Shown: piece after piece, positions 38,701 to 52,052 of the stretch
Numbering within the stretch: position 1 is the first letter of the stretch
Layout of the letters: the number at the start of each line of letters is the position of its first letter
NCBI GenBank assembly: GCA_904063045.1
Contig: CAJFCJ010000020.1
Coordinates: 860,916 to 924,915 of the forward strand
Direction of reading: 5' to 3'
From: Dimorphilus gyrociliatus
Taxonomy: Eukaryota; Animalia; Annelida
DNA: 64,000 bases
Made by a program: the position numbers and the translations under genes
The notes under the pieces: model-generated
Seen by the model: the letters and a program-made list of their open reading frames with translations, nothing else
Database searches by the model: none
What the model was told of the DNA's origin: nothing

Positions 38701-39714
38701 CTTTCTTAAAGGACGAAATAGCTAACACGTATTTGAATTGAAATAACAGGCTTTTAGTGAGAATGTAAATCTTTCAACTTTTAAATTATTCATCTTTCAG
38801 TCATTCTAGCGAAGGGGCCGATTACTATTTTCAAAAAATAAAAAAAATAAATTATAGGTGTCGCTAGTAGATTAGTTCTTTAACCTCTCTTTTACCTATA
38901 ATCTATTCTTTATGGATGCAATGTATGTGTAAACGCTACTTAATAGATATGCTATTAATTCTATACAAAAAAGACGTAATAATACGATAGGAAAAATAGA
39001 GTTTGTTAATTAAAGAACTTTACATTGAGAGTAGTTTTGCGTTGTTCTTTTATCGATTACAAAGTTAGTCGTACATTATGAAAATGTGACTTTATAAGTA
39101 CTTTTAAGCTAAAGAAATATAAACGACCCGAAAAGAGTAATACATAGATTATACTAGAGCAATTTTAAGCATACTTCCTTAAACCGTTAACGTTCTCCAT
39201 CGCTAGTGAATGCTGCCCATATAATAAAAGTAATAAAGAAATCAAGAATAAAATGTATTGCGCAATCAAGCATCTTTGGTCCTAAACTAAGCTGTATTCG
39301 AAGACTAGGCTTGCGAATGAAAGATAGGAAAATTTTTATTCTCTTTTGAGAAAATATTCAGTATATTTTTCATTCGTAAAATTCTTGTTTTATCACTCAA
39401 CAAATGTTTAAGTAACTCCTTAAATGAGAATGTAAAAAATATAAAAGTATTCTTTAAATTATTTCACATTTCATATAGTAATATAAGCAAAACTTCAATT
39501 AAAATAAGCTCTTTAATTTAACTTAAAATCGATACTGTAAATCGTCACGCACAGCTGAGATCCAACTGCAAAAAAAAACTGCAAAAGCCAGTTGAGGCTC
39601 GTCAAAGCGTCACACTATCGACTACAAAAATTTACGATTTTCACTTCCTTCTATACTTTTTCACTTTACAAGAAATATATTGACTTAAAAAGAGGGTAAG
39701 TTGATAATTTTGTT

Positions 39715-40024
39715 TTACAAAGTGTTAAAATTAACAGCATGGAAGATTTCCTCATCGAATGATTCTATCAATAAATCAATGAGAGGATCAGAGAGTGCAC
39801 AATTTCGACCAGGCAAAATTCTTTTTACTCGTTGCAGATCGATCGATCGAGCGTCTCTCCTGTCTACTCGAAAAACGTTCTGAAATGATCTCAAGTTAGG
39901 CCTATGATCTACTAAGCGCCCAGAATTGTTTTTGCAACATGAATTCTTCAGAACTTACTGTGACACAGGGACAAAGTCACGCTGTAGGTACGTACTTTTG
40001 CAGTTTAAGTACGATGCAAGAACT
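39715..40024 (-). CDS. Possible exons (40024-39959, 39901-39719) of a degenerate EF-hand protein
   Basis: A 57-nt GTAAGT..AG intron joins the open frame VLASYLNCKSTYLQRDFVPVSQ|PNLRSFQNVFRVDRRDARSIDLQRVKRILPGRNCALSDPLIDLLIESFDEEIFHAVNFNT, which has EF-hand-pair spacing. Start and end are not secure. Confidence 0.3.
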
Positions 40025-42439
40025 CTATATATATATATATAATTCTTTGTGTTATTTTTTATATCGTTTGCCCAAAAATTATAGAGGTAGAAGCATAATT
40101 TTTTCTGTTTAGAGAGAGAGAGAGAGAGAGAATAAAGTAAGAAGAATAAAGATAGACAGATAGATAAACAAAAAGAGATAGAAAGACAGAAAGATAGAGA
40201 GATGGAGAGAGAGAGAGGAGAGGAGAGAAGAAAGAAAGAGTAAAAAACATGAAGGAAAAGGAAAAAAGGGAAAAAAAGCATCATAGATGATGTACTAAAA
40301 TAAGAAAGAATGAAGAAAATGTACCGAAAATTATCATATAAAATTTATATTGCAAAAAGATATATTTATAAATAATGTATATAGTTCTAATTAATTAAAA
40401 GAAGAAAAGTTCACTAATTAATAAAGAAGCTTCCTATCTTCTTCTCTCTGTTCTTTTGATAAATAGAAGAAATGAAATCTGCAAAATTTAAAAAAAAGGA
40501 GAAATAAAAGTAAAGAGGTAACAAAGTAGCTACTCTCCTAAAACATTCAATGATACTTTTATTCTGCAAAGTGTTTAAGAGCAGTTCCAAGTTTCTTTCA
40601 ATTTTTTCTCTACTATTACAAGCCCTTCTGGTCTGTCCTCTCTATAATTAGTTGGAAAACGATTAGAATGCTGCACGCTATAGGCCTAATCAATAATCCT
40701 TTAAAATGAACTCCTCTTTTTTTCTTATTTTATTATAAAATGAAAAAGAATTTATTCAAATATCTAATAAATCGAGCAGAAAATAGCGAAAATAACAATA
40801 AATTACTTAGGGAAAAACATATTGTTCTCCTCTAATCACAAGTATAAAGTTAGCGTGAAATTTAACCGCCTACGCTCAATGATTTTCTTCCCTTTAAAGT
40901 TTTGTAGTTTGCTCGAAAAACAAACGCCTATGAAGTACAATAAATGTATATATATATATATTTATATCTACTAATTACAACTCTCCCACAAAATACATAT
41001 AAATATATTTTCCATATGTCAATACTACATTATATTCTCCTCCTACCCGATAATAGGCCTATCTATTTTACGTTGACGACTAAAAAATGGTTTGCTTCTC
41101 AACCAATCTTCGCGCGCTTTGTTACAACCAAAATTAGTAGAAAAAATTGGTTTTGATAAGGTGACGGGTACTTCCATTACACTAAATATATATTCCATGT
41201 ATAATTAGCCATATAATTTCTTTCTATTCTTTATTTTTTATATTTATTTTTTACCTGTATCCTTCTTCTCATATACTAATGGTATTGTAGATGATGTAGA
41301 TAGAGACTTTCTCTTCTATCTCTCTCTCTCACTCTATCTCTATACACTGTATATACAGTATATATTACCTAACACAACCTATTCATCTCAATTTCAAAGT
41401 TATTTCTCAATTATATAAAGTAGTATATTTAAAATTGATTAACAAATTAACGTATATAATAGAAATTATATATTAATATCTTTATATATTTAACCGTATG
41501 GTTATAATGATAATAGTAATTTTAGACATTATATATGCATATCTAAGCAGTCATCCAACGACGTTTATCCTTTTTGGTATTAACTGATTTGCATTATCCT
41601 GAATGTTTTATTAGCTAGTTTTCCACCTTATTTTATTATATTGATAATATCCAATTTGAATGTTATGATTATCGTCTTTATATCAAATAGAACAAAAGAT
41701 ATGTCTAACATTCTATTGGATCATTTGAAAAAAGTTAGCTTTCGTTTTTTTAGCAGGAAAAAAAAATACTCATAGCTATTAATCACTTCTTATAAGCGTC
41801 AAGTTGCGTTATATACTGTTCTAGTTCGTTGCGTATAGGGACGACTTTGAAAGTAGTATTAAATTTTTATACATTTTGATAATTATACTCGTTAATTAAA
41901 AAAAGTATTTTATTGAACGATTGTCCTCCGTTCCGCCTGTATATTATATACTCTTTTTGTCAGGTATTATTATAGAGAAGTGTATCTAAAAATAAGAAAC
42001 CTTGCTAATTGAAATTTTCAAGTTATCAATGCAAAACGTATACAAATATATATTTATATACTTATATAATTATACATCAAGGGTATACTGTTTATACCGT
42101 GTAATAAATTATTTACACAAAAGCTTCTTTATTTTCCAATGGAAAATAAGTAATGAGATAAAGAAAAGAATTGAATTGAATGGAAAAAAAGAGAAAGAAA
42201 GGAAAAACAATAGGGTTTTTGCCTGTTCAAACAATTTATTTTTTTTTTAGATAATTTATTCATTTACTTTTTGTATTATATCGTTAGTGCGTAAACGAAT
42301 TTCCTTGCCTGCCAAATTATGATTGGGTTGAGCTCTACGGATATCAAATATAACGTTCTCTATATATTTTTAAGCGAATGTTATTTTATAGAAATATTTA
42401 TAAAAGATATACATCAAAGAAAAATTCCAGATATTCTCT

Positions 42440-45288
42440 ATGAGAGTATTTGTTTTCGTACTTTTGTTATTAATTGTTAGTTTTTCAAATTTCAAACATG
42501 AAAAGGAGAAAAAGAGACGACGTAATCAAAGTTACGTTTCCGCTCTGTTGAAGGTTAATCATTTAAACATTCATGATAAATCGAAAAGGTTAGCCAGTCA
42601 GCCTATTGTCCCTAAAGATAGCGTACAAAAAATTTCCGGCTCAATTGGTAGTCTCTAACTCTAAGGAGTATTTTATTCTTTATAAACGTAATCTACATAT
42701 TTGTAATTTATAAAAAATTGAATAATCATACTTCTATTTAAGTATTTAAGGTTCATTTTAGGTTTTATTCCCTTTTCGAATTAATTTCAACTCTTAATTA
42801 GATAAGAAACAGTAAATCCTTTTAGGAATTGGAAGGAAAGAGCAAATAACTGAAATAGTAAGGTATGAAAGAAGAAGAAAAAACAGAGAGGAAATAAAAT
42901 GGAGAGTAAAGCAAACTTATTCATTTTTCTTATTTTTCTCCTAAAAGAAAAGCGCTTAGTTGAGTATATAGAACCACAAGAGAATTAGGAGAGTTTGGCA
43001 TTCGTGCTCTGACAAATTACTCGCGCCTTTTAAGTAAATTGTAGTGCTTTTTTGGTCAATCTGATGCAAGCTTGTTTGTATTATTAGCTGTGACCCCTAA
43101 CGCATCGTTGACAGAATGTTTCTTGGCTTTTTCCCAATTAGTTAGCCTCAATTAAATTAGAATAAAAGGCAAAATATTTGGTAGATCTACTAACATTTCT
43201 TCTACATTTCCACTCAATGCCAATAGGCAATTTTTCACTTTCAGACTATGCTACGTGACAAAATACGTTTTGCAGTCTAATGCCCAACAGCAAAACTTTG
43301 TTACTACGGTGTGTGCAGTAAATATCTTTTTACAGTTGAGATTTTTCATATAGTACTTTGCATTCTCTTTTTTACAATATCTCCTTTCTACCTCTTTCAA
43401 ATTTTATGTTCTTATTCATTTGCTTTAAGCTATATACTCGGGAGAAAAGGATAGGGATGGATGAATTGAAAGATAAAGATATTTAAGAGAATAAGAAATA
43501 TAGGAAGGCACACTTTATCCAGCTTTACTTGTTACGTATTAGGCAATACGGGATATTTTTACGTGTCCTAAGGCAAAATGTTTGTCAATAAATTCTATAA
43601 AATCCACCTACAAGGCCAATAACCTTCAAGTTGTTGAATAATTCTTATTTAGTTATCGTTGGAAGGTTTATACACCCTTTAATATTTAGCTATCTATTTT
43701 ACATAACTAGTCGTCTAAATCTAGTTCTTACCCACTTTTTTTGTCGTTCTATTGAATAAAAGGCATCTGAGCCTATAAAACATAAAACACCTGTATATAA
43801 CATGGGTTTAAATATTGAGTGTTCTGTCTACGATATCCATAAAATTTAATATTGATTAGAGTTAACATTATTCCTCGTAATCCAATTATTAGCATATCTA
43901 GTAAAGGAGAAAAAACGGTAGATTCTACTTTCTACAGCCCCATTAAATATTGAAAATTGCGTTAAAAACAAAACTAAAATTAATGTTAGAGGAGTTTGCT
44001 GTAATTATGTGAATTATAAGTATTCGATAGGAGTAAAGATAACGTAAAATGGGAACAGAGGTAATAAGTGTCGTGATACTTTCTATTAAAAGATTAGGAG
44101 AATTGATATCTAATTTTGAAGTGGTCTAATTTTAGGACGAAATTACAGACATTCACTGTGTAACTCTAAGGATTAGAGACAAAAAATACAGTCAGGCTTC
44201 ATTTTAATGCTACCATAGCGAATCTTTGAGGCGATTATAGAGAACATATCACGTTTTAAAGCCTTAAAATATAAAAGAATGTATATCCTGCAGTGTTTTC
44301 GTTTTGTAATTCACATACTTATTAAAAAAGTATTGCAAAAAAAGTTTAACAATGAATAATTAAATAGAAGAGACAAATATTTAAATATAGTCTATATACA
44401 TGTATATTTATATTATTTTTACTATATATATATATATATCAAAATAACGATTTTAATGTGCTTATAGATTGTATATTTTAAAATATACTCCTTAAATCTA
44501 TAATATTTTTATTTATTAATAATTTACATATAGTTTCATCCTTTAAGTAAATAACTGTCGAAATCTCTAGTTTACGGCCCACACGTCTTAGGTATTGGAA
44601 AGAAAATCATTTTTAGGTTTTTTGCATAATAGAAATCTTGATCAAAAAGAATTATTAGAATGGTAAAAATTCGAAATTTGGGTATATTCAAAAAAATTTA
44701 TTTATTAAGTGCAGACTTTTTTCAATCATAAAAGCTACGTTTCTAGGTTCTCCATCAATATAGATACAGAGAGAGAGAGAGAGAGCTCTTTTAACAACTC
44801 TTCAATTTTTTATGACAGAAACTCCAAAGGACAATGCAAGAGCGAGCGCCACCTATGCAGCTATTATGATGATAGTCATTGTAGCCTGCTCAATACTTGT
44901 AACTGTTACCTTCATAATTGGCGCCTCATATGCTCAGCATCGTTATCAATTGAGACAAAAAAAGAGACGAGCAACATCGTATGTTGCAAGAAATAGAAGT
45001 GCAAGAGATTTAAAAGACGATTACTACATTAATATAAATAATACAGCTGAGTTTCAACCACCAGACGAACCAGAATCTCCAGTAAAAACTTCACCAAAAC
45101 AAACAAAAAAAATCCCAAATTGGACAACTACAACTCCTAATTGTGAAGTTTTCGAAAAAGAGAACGAGCGAAGGCCAAATATAACAATGGCATATGACAA
45201 TCCGATATATACAGGCAATAATTATCCATCGGAAAAGGACCAGGCTATAATTTTGAACGCTTTAAATGTTCAAATTAAAAATCATTGA
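42440..45288 (+). CDS. Orphan type I membrane protein A: signal-peptide exon (42440-42647, tentative) and TM/cytoplasmic exon (44819-45288)
   Basis: The last exon has a TM helix (YAAIMMIVIVACSILVTVTFIIGASY), the basic stop-transfer QKKRR, and the tail motifs DDYYININ and AYDNPIY. The upstream MRVFVFVLLLLIVSFS exon follows an acceptor and is phase-compatible, but its donor (GTAGTC) is weak and intermediate exons are possible. Confidence 0.6.
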
Positions 45289-47089
45289 TTATAGGACTAT
45301 ATTCTGCAAACCTTCCTCACAATATGCATTTTCTTCTTTTTTTTTTAAATTTTTATAAGAAAACAATAACAAATATACAAAAAAACAATATTTTAAAGAG
45401 AAGAGCAAAGAAGCTGTACAGGAAAGTTAGTTTATACATGTATATATTTTAATATATGTATATAACTATAAATATATACAACACTTACATATTGATAGAA
45501 TGAGAATGCATAAACAATTTTATGGACAAACTCTTTTTTATAGCATAAAAAAAAATAAGGAAAAAATATGGATAATAATATATTGTCTCTATTGAGTAAA
45601 AATACTGGGTTGAACGTGCTGCAGACTATGGATTTGTTGGAGCAGTTTGCGATTTATAATCTCCATTCTGCACTGTATTTTTTATGCACAAAAGAAAAAG
45701 GAAAGCTTCCGAAATTTTTTTCCTCTTCTTCTTCTTCGTCTTCTTCTTCTTCTCCTGTTTCTTTTATTTTTTCTTTAAGCAAATCTATATCCATTATTCT
45801 TTTCTTTTCCTTTTTCTTTGTATGATAAGAGATTAAAATTTCATTTTGTTTCTTTTCTTTTTATTTATTTGACTTTGTACTGTAAATTGTAGGATGATAC
45901 TGTAAACGACGGAATTTTTTTCCATGTTCTCTTTATTACATAATATGTTTATATTTACACAATATATGTATATTTTATGATTATTATGAAATATATTTGA
46001 TTTTTACATCCTATTGTTTCTTTTTTGTTTGATACGAAATGAATAATTTAGAAGGTATTTTGTTGTTTTTTTTCTTTTCTATACTTTATTGAACGATGTA
46101 AAAGAAACAATGAAGAAGAAAAAAACAAGAATGGAAAGCTAAAAGAAATAAAGTATTATTTTAAACTTAAACCACTTTAGTAAGAATCTTTAATTTTTCT
46201 ATCTATTACATTAAGGAAAATAAATTGAGGTGAAGAAAACATAAAGAGTTATTCCCTGTTCATAAGTCAAAAATGAAAGATTACAGTTTATTCTATCTTC
46301 TTTCAAACGGGAATGTTTTTTTTCATCTTGATATGTTTTCAAACAAATAAAAAGAAAGCATTAATAAATCGGATAGGAGAAATAGGGTTAAAAGAGAAGG
46401 AGATTAGGTGAGAGGTCCTAATAGATTAAAAATTCCACTCGACTAATTATGTATCATTAACCTTTTTAAAGTCTTTCAATTGCTTTGGTCTTGTAATTAA
46501 GAAAGAAAGAATTAAATTTAATTTACATCAGCCGCCCTATAAATAGAATATACATATAAAAAAGACAATTGTAAACACTGTATAAAAAATATAAATAAAA
46601 AAGCTATACAATTATAGTTTAAAGGAGATATATAACACTTTGAAGACGTCAAATGTTTTACCCAAGATAATTTAAGATTAAAATCAAAATGTATTGTGAA
46701 TATTTAGGGAAAAAATTATAAATAAAATCTAATTCTTGTTTATTAAATTGATTAGTAAAACAAGTCTTCGACAGTAGTTAAAAAATGGATTATTATAATA
46801 TTAATGAAAGAATTCGCATCTTATCTTATTTTCTAGGAAAAAACTTACAATTAGATCATATTACGGGAAGAACTCGGCGCCATCTGGTTTCATAACTGTT
46901 AAATAAGAGAAACCCATTAAAACCGTAAGGGTATTAAAAGTTGAAAGGCGTGACTAATATTGACAATTCTCATACCAAAGCACAAAGGACTATCTCTGTA
47001 ATATGAAAGAGAAAATTTCTAAGCCTGAAAGGCCAGTTAGGTTTTATACACGCGGGAATTAGTGAATTTTTGCCTTTTTATCAAGAACT

Positions 47090-48729
47090 ATGGGAATTTC
47101 GCATTTATCAATAATTTTTTTCTCTTTATTCTATTCATTTTCAACAAATGTCGACGGTTTGTAAGCGTTCTCATCTGTTATATTCTTTACTCTTTTTCTT
47201 ATAATTCTTTTTACTTCTTTAAAAACATCGATAGCTTAATCCCTCTCATTAAACTTTAGGATCCTCAAATCACTCTATGACGCCAGCTAGAATTGATACA
47301 GAAACAACATCACTACCAAAACCTACGGATTTGCTATCTCCTATTCCAAAAGAAGATGGAAATTTTAGTTGTATCTTTTTCTTCATAAAAATCTGCATAA
47401 ACATATTTATTTAATATTTTCTATTAGCTTTTATTGCCCTTACCTCGGGCATCATTTTTGGCTTTTTATGGATTATAGCCATGACTGCATTAATATGGAA
47501 ATGTAGGCAAATATATGCAGAAAAGCAGGACATCGGATCAAATACTCCAAAAAGGTTCTCTCTTTTGAACAATACAAAATAATAGATGTCTGGAAATTAG
47601 GTTTCTTTTTGCTTTCTTTTTCTTCCTTCTTCAATTAACAATCTCTTTACACAGTTTCATTTAATCAATAATATTCCCCCAGTTCTCTAGTACCTAATTT
47701 CAATTATAAGTTCTTTTACTTTCTTTTCAAAGCAAATGATAGAAATCTGCATGTTTATAAATTTTGTTGTTTGTAGGCTTAAACTCTTTTTAAATGATAA
47801 CAAAAAGTTTTAATATTAGAGAGTTTATTTTTCTTATATTGAAATAATTTTATAGACAAGTTCAAAGACGAAATGCTGAAAATAATCATAGCAATGAAAC
47901 GGAATCAACTATAACAGGACCAAATTCGTCTATGGGATCTCAAATATGTCTATCAGAGCCTGTACTTCAGACGCTTCCACCCTTCGAAGTAATCGATTCA
48001 CACTCTAATAGAAATTCCAGTAATATTGAAGTATTACCAATTCGGGAAAATAATTTACCTGAGGCCCCCAGTTCACATACAGATACTCCTCCACCAATTC
48101 CACCAAAGATGGATTTGGACAGTGAAGTTGAATATATAAATGACTGTACAAATTTAGACAATGGTGAACAACTTGGAAACTCTTCTTCAGATAATTTATC
48201 CCCTCCAACTCTTCCCTTTCGCATTCGATCTCTTACGCCACCGCCTCTTCCAGTTCGAATACAAAGTACTCCTGCAGAATTTGGCAACCGACCTCCTCAT
48301 GATGGTCGATACGAAAACACGAACGATTTTAGAGTATTTAAAACGCGAACAGCTAATCAGTTCTTACATTCTCCCCAGATAGTCTCTACTCAATACTTTA
48401 GGAGCAATGAGGAAGCGAATCTAGATCCAACTGCCAAACCCCTCAATCATGAATTCTTTCAACCATCAACACGAAATGCTAGAAGTAGAATTACTAAGTC
48501 AGTAAGGTATCAGGCAGGGACCAAAGTGAGAAGTAGCAGTGCCGATGCACCAGGGAGAATTAATCCCTTTTATTTGCAAAAGACTCCCATTGAAATTAGT
48601 CCAATGCCCAGACTTGGAACCTATCAACCGCAGATATTATCTACTGGTGGATTATTACCCATTGTGGGAAATAATTTGACTGTGCACGTGCCAGTTTACT
48701 ATAAACCGATTCCTGCATTAAATCAATAA
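47090..48729 (+). CDS. Orphan type I membrane protein B with a short S/T/P ectodomain and a long Pro-rich cytoplasmic tail; exons 47090-47156, 47260-47367, 47428-47554, 47856-48729; about 391 aa
   Basis: In-phase GT-AG junctions. Signal peptide MGISHLSIIFFSLFYSFS, TM FIALTSGIIFGFLWIIAMTALIW, and tail motifs PPPIPPK, PPTLPFR, PPPLPVR and RYENT. Confidence 0.8.
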
Positions 48730-49747
48730 TAACAAGAACCTAAGGTACTATATTCTGTATTCATTTAAGCGTTCAACTTTTGCTAATTCGTCATTATAAG
48801 AGAATTCCAAGAAAAAAATTCAATTACAGCCTAATTTAGAAAATGCAAATGATACAATTTGTTATTTTCTCTCCTTTTTTTCAATTTCCGTTTCATAAAT
48901 GGAGAACTGCTAAAAAGAAATTTTTTTTCCCATTTCCGAGTAAAATACGAAGATACTCGTAGTATTATTCTTCTATCATCGTCAACTTGAGATAATTTCC
49001 CCTAATTGACTATAAATAAATGAATGAATGAAAGAGTATTAAAAAAATGCTGTAGTAGAAAAAGAAGGATAAGAATATAGAAACAAACGAAAGATATAAA
49101 TTTATATATAAAGCGTATACAGTATATATAAATATTATATTAACAATAAAAATAACTTGACCGAATCCTATTCAAACCAATTCTTAAAGGTAATAAAATT
49201 TTATATCTTTTTTTTTTAATAAAAAAAATATTTTGTAATAAAAAAATTAATATATATTTAATAAAAATATTTTGTTTTCTTTCATTTTTATCAATAAAAA
49301 AATATTCAATATAGTAAGATATTTATTAGTATAAGATTCATATAAATAAATAATAAACAATCTACATGTATACTACATCAACTAATTGTTCAATATAGAA
49401 TTCATTTATTAAATATATATACTTTGACTTAACATAAAAAAGGGAAAAAGGAAGCAAAAAAAAAAAACGAAAAGGAAAAGGAAAGTGTTACAAAGTGTAA
49501 AATTTCAGTTTCTTTGCTTAGATTTCCCTAAAAGAGACGAGAACTAAAATGTTTGCACTTTTAAATCAATATTGAAGAACTATGTTAAACCAGAAAAAAC
49601 CGAAAAGCTTCTTTTTTTTTCTCCTGCTCTCACAGTTCTATTTTTTTTAACTGAAAAGCTCCATCTATAGTTTAAAATGAATGGAAAAAATATAATTAAA
49701 TCTCTATAATTTAGAATTACTGTGTCTCTCAATCTGACTGACTGCCT

Positions 49748-49803
49748 GTCTCTCCTTCTCTGTCTCTGTCTCCGTCTCTTTCTCTCTCTCTCTCTCTCGC
49801 TCC

Positions 49804-49837
<34 letters not shown>

Positions 49838-49852
49838 GTCTATATATATATA
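49748..49852. repeat. Imperfect (TC)n microsatellite followed by (TA)n
   Basis: Read directly. Confidence 0.9.
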
Positions 49853-51629
49853 TTGCTTTTTATAAATAAGGTGCAATTATTAAATAATTCATTAACGAGA
49901 TAAAAAAAAGACTAATAATAATACACTTTTTTCATGTAATTACTTATAAAATATATTTATTTTTAATAATTTTAATCAATTAATAATGTTTTTTTATGAT
50001 AAATAGGAAAATGTCTTTATTATAAATAATTAATTGAATAATAATCAAATCATATTTATATCCGTTGGTTAGACTTGTTTGTTTTTTCATTTATAAAAGT
50101 TAAATAACTTAATATGTTGCTTTGTTTTTCTTTCCGATTCTTTATTTAATTTAAAGTCTGATATAGTTATATCTGGGAGTGCTATGTATAATTTTACCGT
50201 ATTCTAGTTGTCATTTTCTGTCGGCTGGATGTCGGCTGAAAGAAAGAGTATACATATATACAGTTTTTTCTAAATAAGTACTAATTTGCATCATAAAGGA
50301 TTCCTTTGATTGTAATAGTTTTACGAGTTATGCATATTCGTGAACAATGGTTACCTATCAAGATATAATATATTGAGAGTGTAAAAGATTAAAGGGATAG
50401 TTTAATTTTTATAGAATAAAACTTGAACAACATATTGGAGAAACAAGTATTTTCATTTACCTAAGTAAACTATTCAATTTATTTATTTCTTCACTGACTT
50501 GCTGAATGTGTAATTAAAGATATTATTATCAAAGATGAAATCAATTGCATTTTAATTCTTTTCCGAATTTGGAGGAGACTTGATTGCTCGTAGAAGTCTA
50601 TTCAATTGCGGAGAAGAGGAAAAGTAAATTTAAAAAGAAAAGGGAGAAAAAGATGCGTTTCATTGATTAGTGATTCATGCGAAAGATATGAACTCTGTTC
50701 TGAAATTGTTTTATAAAATAAAAGGATTTTTAATAATCGTATTGTCCAGAAGACAACTTGAAAATTATCTTGCTATTATTTAAGTACTGTATACCAATAA
50801 AATAAATAATATTAATATTTAGTGCTTTCATATTTATAAAACAGATGTCGCTTTCGATATCAAAACGGAACAATTAGATATGTAAAGAAGAAAGTTTCTT
50901 AATACGAAGACGTTGAAATGAAGCTTAAAGTATTGAGTACTCTTAAAATAGTTTCAATTGTTTGTACTATAAAAAATATTAAATATCAAAATAATGAATG
51001 AAAGTTAAGGTTTTAGCGATTGAATTGATAAATTTTGATATAAATATAGTATTATTTAATTATGTTGGGATATAATTTAACTGTTACACCTAGAATGTAT
51101 AATTTTAGATTTTTAAATTGAAGAAAATTATAATATAATATACAAATATAATACTTATTTGTTTCTTTCCGAGAGGTAGCGATACCATCGGTAGAGAAGA
51201 TGTTAAATACTTGTCCTCTGCACTTTTTTTCATTAAACTAGCATTTAAAGTAAAACATTAGGATTAACGAACAAGAGAAAAGGCCTTTTTCAAGACAATT
51301 CTTAAATTTAATATTTAGAAGGAAAATAGATAATACCTTAAAAAGTAAGAAACATTCACTATTTCTTCATTTTTTCATACTTGGAGCTTTCTTTTGAAGT
51401 TTAAAGAAGTCTTAAGGTGCATTTTCGTTTTATCATCATGTTTATTCATGCGGGGTATTAGAATTTTAATGCTTTCGACATTCTTTTATTATCTTCATAT
51501 CGTCTTTTAAAGGTATACCTTCCATAATATGTAAGGTTTCGTAATGGACTTTAGAACCGGTGCTTAATTTAGTTATATGTAAGATTTAAACCTAAACTAA
51601 ACGGAACTTTTCGTTACTTAGCAATTAAA

Positions 51630-52052
51630 ATGAAATCGGTCCTCTTCGGAATAATTTTCCTTCTTATTTTGGCATCTTTAGGTAAGTTAGAGTGCACTTT
51701 GTATTTAAGATAGAATGTGAAGTAATTTTCTTTATTTCTATTTCATTCATAAAAAGCTTATAAGTATTTTATACATTTAAAAAGAAAGTTAAAATATTGA
51801 GATAACTTAGAAAATGTCTCATTTATTTTAGAAGTAGATGCTATCAATTCTTCTCGAATTAAGAGAAAATGGATGGATCTGAGGGCAGACTTGGAGATTT
51901 TAGAAAAATACATATCATGTATGGAAAGAAATGGTATTAAAAGTGGATATTGTCGGAAGTTTACAAAAAAGAGTACAACAAATTTCCTTAACCTTCTACC
52001 TTTTGGTAAAAGACAAAGCAAAGGAGAATTAAACGATATATTGTTGTTGTAA
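51630..52052 (+). CDS. Putative neuropeptide/peptide-hormone precursor, two exons (51630-51681, 51832-52052), 90 aa
   Basis: MKSVLFGIIFLLILASLG|EVDAINSSRI-KR-KWMDLRADLEILEKYISCMERNGIKSGYCRKFT-KK-STTNFLNLLPF-GKR-QSKGELNDILLL*. Strong GTAAGT donor, phase-1 match, signal peptide, dibasic sites, amidation signal and a Cys pair. Confidence 0.8.

Noticed and set aside
39955-40284. Leu/Ser-rich minus-strand ORFs, and the similar one at 49580-49876
   Set aside because: Derived from (GA)n/(TC)n microsatellites.
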